In this document: in pieces, positions 57,986-64,000 of the stretch
Layout: each line of letters begins with the position of its first letter
Numbering within the stretch: position 1 is the first letter of the stretch
NCBI GenBank assembly: GCA_963693055.1
Contig: OY843751.1
Coordinates: 192,001-256,000 of the forward strand
Length of the DNA: 64,000 nucleotides
Origin: a bacterium
GTDB taxonomy: Bacteria > Zhuqueibacterota > Zhuqueibacteria > Residuimicrobiales > Krinioviventaceae
Direction of reading: 5' to 3'
Program-made: the position numbers and the translations under genes
The notes under the pieces: model-generated
Told to the model about the DNA's origin: nothing
Seen by the model: only the letters and a program-made list of their open reading frames with translations
Database searches by the model: none

Positions 57986-58633
57986 ATGAAAAAGCTGAGA
58001 ATATTTTGTGATTTTGATGGTACCATTGCTCAGAACGATGTGGGCAATGTTTTGATAACAACATTTGGCGACGCAGACCATTGGTGGGACTTGGTAGATA
58101 AATGGAAACGTGAGGAACTGGATGGCCGGGACCTTTGGCGGAAACAATTTGCTATTACCCCCATTACCCCAACTCAAATGGATGAATTTGCCGCTACTCA
58201 GAAAATTGACCCAAATTTTCCCGTTTTTGTACAATTTTGCCGTGATAATCACATCCCTGTCTATGTAGTGAGTGACGGCATGGATGCTTATATTAAAAGA
58301 ATATTAAAAAACAATGGGTTAGGTGATCTTGAGGTACGCGCCAATCACCTTGAAATGCACGATGATGGTACGCTTTTTGTAGAATATCCTTGGTATAAAG
58401 AGGGTTGCTGTAATTGCGGCAACTGCAAGGGTACCCATGTGCGTCAGGAAACAAAAGACGATGAATTGTCCGTTTATATTGGTGACGGTCATTCGGATGT
58501 TTGCGGTATGCGAGAAGCAGATATAACCTTTGCCAAAGATGCTCTGGCTGAACTATGTGAGCAAACTGGCAAACCATACCGGCCATTTAAAAATTTTGCT
58601 GATGTTTTAGAGGGTATCCGCGAGCTATTATAA
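57986..58633 (+). CDS. HAD-IB phosphatase, MtnX-like
   Basis: FCDFDGTI, VVSDG, CGNCK and IGDGHSD...FAK. Confidence 0.85.
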   Translation: MKKLRIFCDFDGTIAQNDVGNVLITTFGDADHWWDLVDKWKREELDGRDLWRKQFAITPITPTQMDEFAATQKIDPNFPVFVQFCRDNHIPVYVVSDGMDAYIKRILKNNGLGDLEVRANHLEMHDDGTLFVEYPWYKEGCCNCGNCKGTHVRQETKDDELSVYIGDGHSDVCGMREADITFAKDALAELCEQTGKPYRPFKNFADVLEGIRELL

Positions 58634-58650
58634 AATATGTGAGCGGTGCT

Positions 58651-59343
58651 ATGAAACGGATTTACCCCATTTTATTAGTGTTTATGATGGTATGTGCAGT
58701 TTGGGAAACAGCGTATGCCCAGTCTTTACGGGACGTTTTTAAAAAATGGACCTATGAAACAACCTTGAACGATTTTAACAGCCTGCAATGTGATATTCAC
58801 TGTACTTATCTTTCTCCTGAATTATTACAAGCCTGGCAGCAGTCAGAAACAAACCAGGATGTTGTGAACCGTGTCAATACCCTGATAACCACCATACAAC
58901 AGCAAAATGTTGCAATTTATATTCTGGATGTGGACCCCGGGCAGTCGGGACTCTATTCACTCGATTTCAAGAAAATTCATAAAAAGTCAAAACTGTTTAT
59001 TACAGATAAAAAATCCAAGGGATATAAACCCAAACGTGTTACGTCGAACCTGAAACAGAAACTGGTTGCGCGCCAGCCCTATTTAGGTGCAATGGCTTTT
59101 CAGGTTGAATCTGCCAACCCCATGTTTCAGACCCTGAAAATGGAAACCAAATTCGAGTACTTTGAAAAGTTTGATATACCCGACGAGGAAGAAGAAAAGA
59201 AATTCGAGCTGCAATTCCATTTTCATGCAAGCGGGGCTCCGCAGAACGAGCAGTTACAATCTGTGCCCGGCACCCAGGAAATTTTGGGACGCTTAAAAGT
59301 GGCGTTCTCTCTGGTGAATTTGGTGACCAATCAGAATATTTAG
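58651..59343 (+). CDS. Hypothetical secreted protein
   Basis: Signal peptide MKRIYPILLVFMMVCAVWETAYA/Q; closely packed with its neighbours. Alternative GTG start at 58639. Confidence 0.65.
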   Translation: MKRIYPILLVFMMVCAVWETAYAQSLRDVFKKWTYETTLNDFNSLQCDIHCTYLSPELLQAWQQSETNQDVVNRVNTLITTIQQQNVAIYILDVDPGQSGLYSLDFKKIHKKSKLFITDKKSKGYKPKRVTSNLKQKLVARQPYLGAMAFQVESANPMFQTLKMETKFEYFEKFDIPDEEEEKKFELQFHFHASGAPQNEQLQSVPGTQEILGRLKVAFSLVNLVTNQNI

Positions 59344-59345
59344 CC

Positions 59346-60053
59346 ATGAAGGTTAGAATTGTAATTTTAGTATTGTTTCTCTGTGCTGGCGTATTCGCGG
59401 CAGAAGAGGTCATTACCGGACGGTATTGCTACCAGTATGGCGATAACGAAACCCTGTTGGAAGCACGGCAACTCACGCGTACGCTTGCTTTGCGTAATGC
59501 AATTGAATCTTATCATGTTTTTGTTGAAGCTGCGGCAATTGTAGATAACTTTCAGATTACCAATGATATTGTACAAAGCCTGACCGGTACCTATATCAAG
59601 AATATACAAATTGCTGAACAAACCGAAACCGATCACAAGGTGTGCATGACGGTCATTGGCAGCATTGATCCTGCGGTGTTTGATACCATATTAAAGAACC
59701 AGGTTCGCAGGCGGATTCAACTGGTCCAGCAAATGGGCATCGATAACAATGGCGCGCTCAAGGTGCTGAGTGTATCACCCATCAAATTCAATGACAAGGG
59801 GCAAAAGGTTATTGAAACGGTGGTCAAGGTGCTGGAGCATACGGGGCGCCTAGATAGTGTGCAGTTTCGCAACAGCAAACCCGAGTTCAAAGTATGTATT
59901 ACCTATTTTGATCGTTCCGGTACCGAGATGAGTGGGGACTCGCAGTTTATCCATACTCAGGCAGACGGACTGGCATCTGGCGAGATCCGAACAGTTGCGT
60001 TCAAAGATCCGCCTATTGGTGCGGTGACCTGGCGGGTGTGGCTGATAAAGTGA
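59346..60053 (+). CDS. Hypothetical secreted protein (N-terminus reminiscent of LPP20/FlgT-like domains)
   Basis: Signal peptide ...GVFA/A. EARQLTRTLALRNAIE helix pattern. Starts 2 nt after the previous stop. Confidence 0.6.
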   Translation: MKVRIVILVLFLCAGVFAAEEVITGRYCYQYGDNETLLEARQLTRTLALRNAIESYHVFVEAAAIVDNFQITNDIVQSLTGTYIKNIQIAEQTETDHKVCMTVIGSIDPAVFDTILKNQVRRRIQLVQQMGIDNNGALKVLSVSPIKFNDKGQKVIETVVKVLEHTGRLDSVQFRNSKPEFKVCITYFDRSGTEMSGDSQFIHTQADGLASGEIRTVAFKDPPIGAVTWRVWLIK

Positions 60054-60194
60054 GTATTTTTTAGTATTCATTATTTCTCTTTCCTATTGTGCAATTTTTA
60101 GCATTTTAAAAATGTTTTAATTATATTCTAATTCAATTATACGTGCCGGGGTGTTTACCGTCTACTATTTTTCATGTTTTTAATAGGGGTTGAA

Positions 60195-61484
60195 ATGAGA
60201 AAAACACTGGTAGTTTTTGCAGTAGCAGTTTTGTTGGTTTTCAACTTGATGCGGTGTGAAACAGACAAATCCATTTTGTCACCAGCGGGAGAGCTTGAAT
60301 TCAACAGCAGTGCAACACCAAACAGTATTGCATCTTTTGATGCTTACAGCAACGAGTCTGTGGTTAAACTGTATTGGACCGCGGGAGCGTCTATCCTCGA
60401 TCCGGGGCCAATGCCCCCCAAAGTTGGAATCGTGAGGCTGTATGTCTCGGATGATGGTCCGGAAGACGGATTTGTACAGATTTTTGAAACACATAATGTG
60501 GGTGTGGATTCCACAACAATTGGTTCTCTGGCTTCCAATACCAACTATTATTTCCGTCTTGGAGTATTTACACCGGGAGATACGCTGATAGGTGTATCTG
60601 CTCCTTTAATGATTTCGCTAGGCAAGAATAAAGTAGAGCATTATTCCATTCCTGTACCGGACAATGACAGTCCCGGTGATTTTTCAAAAATGTCATGGTC
60701 ACCGGATGGTGATAAACTGGCAATAGTAATGGTGAATGGAGCATTGGTACAGAATATTTATCTGTTGGATGTACATTCACAGACGCAACAACCGTTGACC
60801 TCTTTTAATGACAGTGAGGGCAGAATGGGGAGTTTGGCTTTTTCTCCCAATGGTAATCAGATCGCTTTTACCTATTCACCCTCCAGAACGATATATAAAA
60901 TTAATTACCAAATCTGGACGATGGCGGTGGATGCTACGGATCCTGCACCCGCATCCTCAGGAAGAGTAGACGACAACCCTGGATGGTTTTCTGAGGAGAA
61001 AGTGGTTTTCTGCAAAGGAACTTTTGATCCCCCAAACATTCCTGAACTTTATAGCCTGGATTTAAATACCGGGATAGAAACTGCTCTCACACAAGATCAG
61101 ACCATTTACAAATATACGCCATCTGTTTCTTTAGAGAATAGTCAGATTGTATATTCAGGCAGAATGTCTAATAAAAAAGAATTGCTTTACCTCATATCCC
61201 TGACCGGAGAAAACAATACACCGCTGACAACCGGTAAATACTGGAGGGATATTCAACCGGCATGGTCAGGTGACGGGCAATGGATCTATTTTTCATCTGA
61301 CCGGAGCGGGCATTATGAAATTTGGGCAATTGATGCAGGCTCTGGTGCATGTCGTCAAATTACATTCGGGCTTGAACGAGGAGTAGATCGTTTGGAACCC
61401 AAACCCAACCCGGTGAACGGATTGGTTGCAATAAAGGAACAATTGCCACCTGATCCCCCACGGTTGATTATGCTGCCCATGTAA
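60195..61484 (+). CDS. Lipoprotein with FN3-like domain and TolB/PD40 beta-propeller
   Basis: AGGGG SD then ATG 60195. Lipobox LMRC. VKLYWT...YYFRL. PD40 repeats SWSPDGDKL, FSPNGNQI and PAWSGDGQWIYFSSDRSG. Confidence 0.85.
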   Translation: MRKTLVVFAVAVLLVFNLMRCETDKSILSPAGELEFNSSATPNSIASFDAYSNESVVKLYWTAGASILDPGPMPPKVGIVRLYVSDDGPEDGFVQIFETHNVGVDSTTIGSLASNTNYYFRLGVFTPGDTLIGVSAPLMISLGKNKVEHYSIPVPDNDSPGDFSKMSWSPDGDKLAIVMVNGALVQNIYLLDVHSQTQQPLTSFNDSEGRMGSLAFSPNGNQIAFTYSPSRTIYKINYQIWTMAVDATDPAPASSGRVDDNPGWFSEEKVVFCKGTFDPPNIPELYSLDLNTGIETALTQDQTIYKYTPSVSLENSQIVYSGRMSNKKELLYLISLTGENNTPLTTGKYWRDIQPAWSGDGQWIYFSSDRSGHYEIWAIDAGSGACRQITFGLERGVDRLEPKPNPVNGLVAIKEQLPPDPPRLIMLPM

Positions 61485-61885
61485 TTGATTCTGTTCATCA
61501 TTTTGGCCTCAAAATAGGAATAAAAGAGGCAATATTGAGCAGGCAACCACGGATATAGGCATGTGCTGTTATAGCGTTTGATTGTAAGGATTGAACACTG
61601 CGGTCTCTTTTATGGGGGCCGCTAATTAAAGAATTGAAAAGCCGTCCGTTTGGATTTTTATTTAACCATGTTCCATGGTTCCAGCTTTAATTTTTGTACA
61701 ATTTTTTTATTCTTGCAATAGTCCCTAATTATACATTTATTAATAAATACATATAATTTTAGGGGAATTAAGGGAAGCTAATTAAAAGCCTGATAATTTT
61801 TGCAATTCTCAAATACTGTTAATTTGTTCAAATTTTACAAGAATTCTAATTTGGTAGGGAATTTAGTGTTTTGAGGGAGATTCTC

Positions 61886-63463
61886 ATGTTATCAAAGAAA
61901 AAGAAAAGTTTAAAAGAACTTGAAAGCCAATGGGGCAAACCTGTTTCAAGAACCCGGAATATGGATTTTATCTCTATTTATTATGATAATATGAGACCCC
62001 AAAATGAAAACGATTTTGTAGATGATAAAACCTGGTCCGATTTAGAGTTTGATGCTGTTTTTACAAAAATGGACAGGTGTGTGTCTGGTCCTGGTCAACA
62101 ATATTTATATTATCTGCTGCACAAGTATGAAAGCAAAGAGGCAGTCTTAAAAGACAGGTTTGGTTTAATTCACTATTTCATCAAAAATAAAACTTTTCGA
62201 TTCTCGACCCAAGTATTGTTGAAAAAATTATCAACTTTTAAGGCGTATTTTATACCCAGCTTGATAGTACACAACATTCCACCTCGCTCCAATTTGTATT
62301 ATTTGTTGATTTTTTTATCAGTGTTATCAATGGTCTCAGTCTCACTGATTTATTTTTATCCCATTTGTTTATATAGTACAGTGGGGTTGTTGCTATTGAA
62401 TATTTTTATAAATAAGAAATTAAGCGCTAAAGTGTACGCGTATTTTGCAGGATTCTCGAGTTTAAATACATTATTGATAATTGCAGGTCAAATGTGCAAA
62501 CTTGAAACTGACTATAATATCCCACAATTAGATAATCTAAGAAAACAAAAAGATGAAATTAAAAAGCTGAAAAAGAAAATTGGCAGATTTGTGATGGAAA
62601 AAGAAGGCTTGAATGATTTGCTCTTGTACCTCATAGAATACTTTAATCTTTTTTTCCTGTTTGACCTGATAGCATATTATGGATCTGTAAATGAATTAAA
62701 CAAGTATCAGGCCAGAGTTTGTGACATTTTTGAAAACGTTGCCAGTCTTGATGCGCATATCTCTGTTGCTTCTTATCTAGCTGATACGGAGAGGTATTCG
62801 AGTCCGACATTTAATGATGAAAAGAAAATCAGTTTTACGAATCTCTATCATCCCCTGTTGGAAAAACCTGTTGCCAACAGTCTTGAGCCGATAAATAAAT
62901 CCATGCTGATCACGGGTTCCAATATGTCGGGCAAGACAACATTTATTAAAAGTGTAGGTATAAATGCAATATTGGCCCAAACCTTTTATTTTTGTCATGC
63001 AGAAAATTTTGCATTGCCAAAATACCAGGTTAAAACCGCGATTAATAGAGAAGAAGATTTGGAACATTCCAAAAGCTATTTTTTTGTAGAGGTTGAGGGG
63101 TTGAAAAAATTTATTCAAATTGCAAACGAGCAAGAAAATACTATATTCCTGATTGATGAGATCTTTCGGGGGACCAATACGGTTGAGCGATTGGCAATTT
63201 CAACTTCGGTTTTGGAGCATTTGGGACAAAACGGACAGGTCTTTGTTACAACGCATGATATTGAATTGCAAAGTCTGTTAAAAGATAGCTATGAAATGTA
63301 TCACTTTGGGGATAATATAAAAAATAATGAGTTTTACTTTAGCTATAAAATTCAAAAAGGTCCCTGTTTTACTGGCAACGCAATAAAATTGCTTGAAATT
63401 CAAGGGTATCCTGAAGCTATTATCACAAAAGCACAAAAAATAAAGGACCAGGAATCCTTCTAG
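61886..63463 (+). CDS. MutS-related protein (TM segment + MutS domain III/V ATPase only)
   Basis: DDKTWSDL, hydrophobic segment, LYHPLL, LITGSNMSGKTTFIK, SYFFVEV, LIDEIFRGTN and TTHD. No mismatch-binding domain I. Confidence 0.88.
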   Translation: MLSKKKKSLKELESQWGKPVSRTRNMDFISIYYDNMRPQNENDFVDDKTWSDLEFDAVFTKMDRCVSGPGQQYLYYLLHKYESKEAVLKDRFGLIHYFIKNKTFRFSTQVLLKKLSTFKAYFIPSLIVHNIPPRSNLYYLLIFLSVLSMVSVSLIYFYPICLYSTVGLLLLNIFINKKLSAKVYAYFAGFSSLNTLLIIAGQMCKLETDYNIPQLDNLRKQKDEIKKLKKKIGRFVMEKEGLNDLLLYLIEYFNLFFLFDLIAYYGSVNELNKYQARVCDIFENVASLDAHISVASYLADTERYSSPTFNDEKKISFTNLYHPLLEKPVANSLEPINKSMLITGSNMSGKTTFIKSVGINAILAQTFYFCHAENFALPKYQVKTAINREEDLEHSKSYFFVEVEGLKKFIQIANEQENTIFLIDEIFRGTNTVERLAISTSVLEHLGQNGQVFVTTHDIELQSLLKDSYEMYHFGDNIKNNEFYFSYKIQKGPCFTGNAIKLLEIQGYPEAIITKAQKIKDQESF

Positions 63464-63708
63464 TCGTTTGATTTATGCAGGTCTTGTTCTTCTTGGGGCG
63501 CAAATGTTCAGGCTTTTGGGCTATCTTTACACACGTTTACAATCTGGAAGAAGAAAATGTCTCGTTTGGTGAGAAAACTCGCTTGGTTAAAGGATTGATT
63601 GTATTGTTGATTTTTATTAAGTTCAAGTTAGCTTTACAAAAGTAATTTACCATCCGTTTATTTCCTTGAAAAATGTTTAGTACATTTATAACACCGGAGA
63701 AATTGGAT

Positions 63709-64000
63709 ATGAAAAAATTTAAAAATATACTCCTTTTAGCTTTAATCTGGCAAATTTTTACCGTGAATTTGAAAGCACAGGTTCCTCAGCAAATTATAAA
63801 TGTGTCATCAGATAAACAGCTTTTCATTGATGACAAGTGTATAGAAACGAGCAGCGGAATAACTCGAACAATGAACACGCCTCATCAATATAACGAGATA
63901 TTGTTGACCAATGACCAGCCCTGGGAAAAGAGTGCGACAAAATATATACCCGTTTATTGTAGTGTGTTAAAAGATGAGGGGAAAATTAAGCTGTGGTATG
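63709..64000 (+). CDS. Secreted protein, probable five-bladed beta-propeller glycoside-hydrolase-like fold; truncated by the window end and absent from the ORF track
   Basis: GGAG SD. Manual translation MKKFKNILLLALIWQIFTVNLKA/QVPQQIINVSSDKQLFIDD...DQPWE...SVLKDEGKIKLWY, open to the window edge. Confidence 0.7.
   Translation, partial: MKKFKNILLLALIWQIFTVNLKAQVPQQIINVSSDKQLFIDDKCIETSSGITRTMNTPHQYNEILLTNDQPWEKSATKYIPVYCSVLKDEGKIKLWY

Noticed and set aside
57986-58633. Gene symbol mtnX / methionine salvage operon
   Set aside because: No mtnW, mtnB or mtnD neighbours are present; MtnX-like HADs occur widely outside that pathway.
61540-61580. Possible integron attC-like end near GTGCTGTTATAGCG
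   Set aside because: It does not fit GTTRRRY, has no matching inverse core or long imperfect palindrome, and no integrase is present.
61886-63463. Calling this the mismatch-repair gene mutS
   Set aside because: It has only about 525 aa, carries a TM segment and lacks domains I/II.
1-64000. Many short antisense or alternate-frame ORFs in the track (e.g. 85-753 -, 5614-6090 -, 56789-57250 -)
   Set aside because: They are shadows of long, motif-rich genes with biased codon usage and show no motifs or start signals of their own.
1-64000. rRNA, tRNA, riboswitch, transposase or prophage genes
   Set aside because: None recognisable. Intergenic spaces are short, apart from 61485-61885 and 63464-63708, which show no cloverleaf or known motif by eye.

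Overview
Bacterial genomic DNA, AT-rich (roughly 38% GC by eye). It most likely comes from a non-Bacteroidetes FCB-superphylum organism (KSB1/Calditrichaeota-like). This is inferred from T9SS-type 'YPNPFNP/FlgD-Ig' C-terminal domains and a PorV/PorQ gene occurring with strong Shine-Dalgarno sites and canonical sigma70 promoters. The first 46.6 kb is a very large secreted/surface-protein island in three parts. (i) A + strand operon (1-17106): TonB-dependent receptor, a 'PNPY'-tailed partner, a PorV/PorQ barrel, a catalytically degenerate M30-like metallopeptidase split by nested inserted domains, a TPR lipoprotein and two acidic adhesin-like CTD proteins. (ii) A - strand cassette (17183-22830): a second TonB-dependent receptor and three tandem paralogous lipoproteins, the last a pseudogene. 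(iii) A divergent ~23.6 kb + strand protease battery: two M6, three S8 and one C25 gingipain-like protease, all with CTDs, plus a membrane spermidine-synthase-like/TPR fusion. One unnamed domain is shared between the receptor partner and two subtilases, suggesting a PUL-like protein-utilisation or surface-display system. The rest is mostly housekeeping: DUF2851, rsmI (no canonical start codon before its conserved N-terminus), phosphatidylinositol-phosphate synthase-like gene, panD, ino1, MATE, tmk, S41 protease, ppdK, MtnX-like HAD, hypotheticals, TolB-like lipoprotein, MutS-domain-V protein and a truncated propeller protein. No rRNA, tRNA, CRISPR array or mobile element was seen. All family calls come from motif recognition only; no database searches were run.
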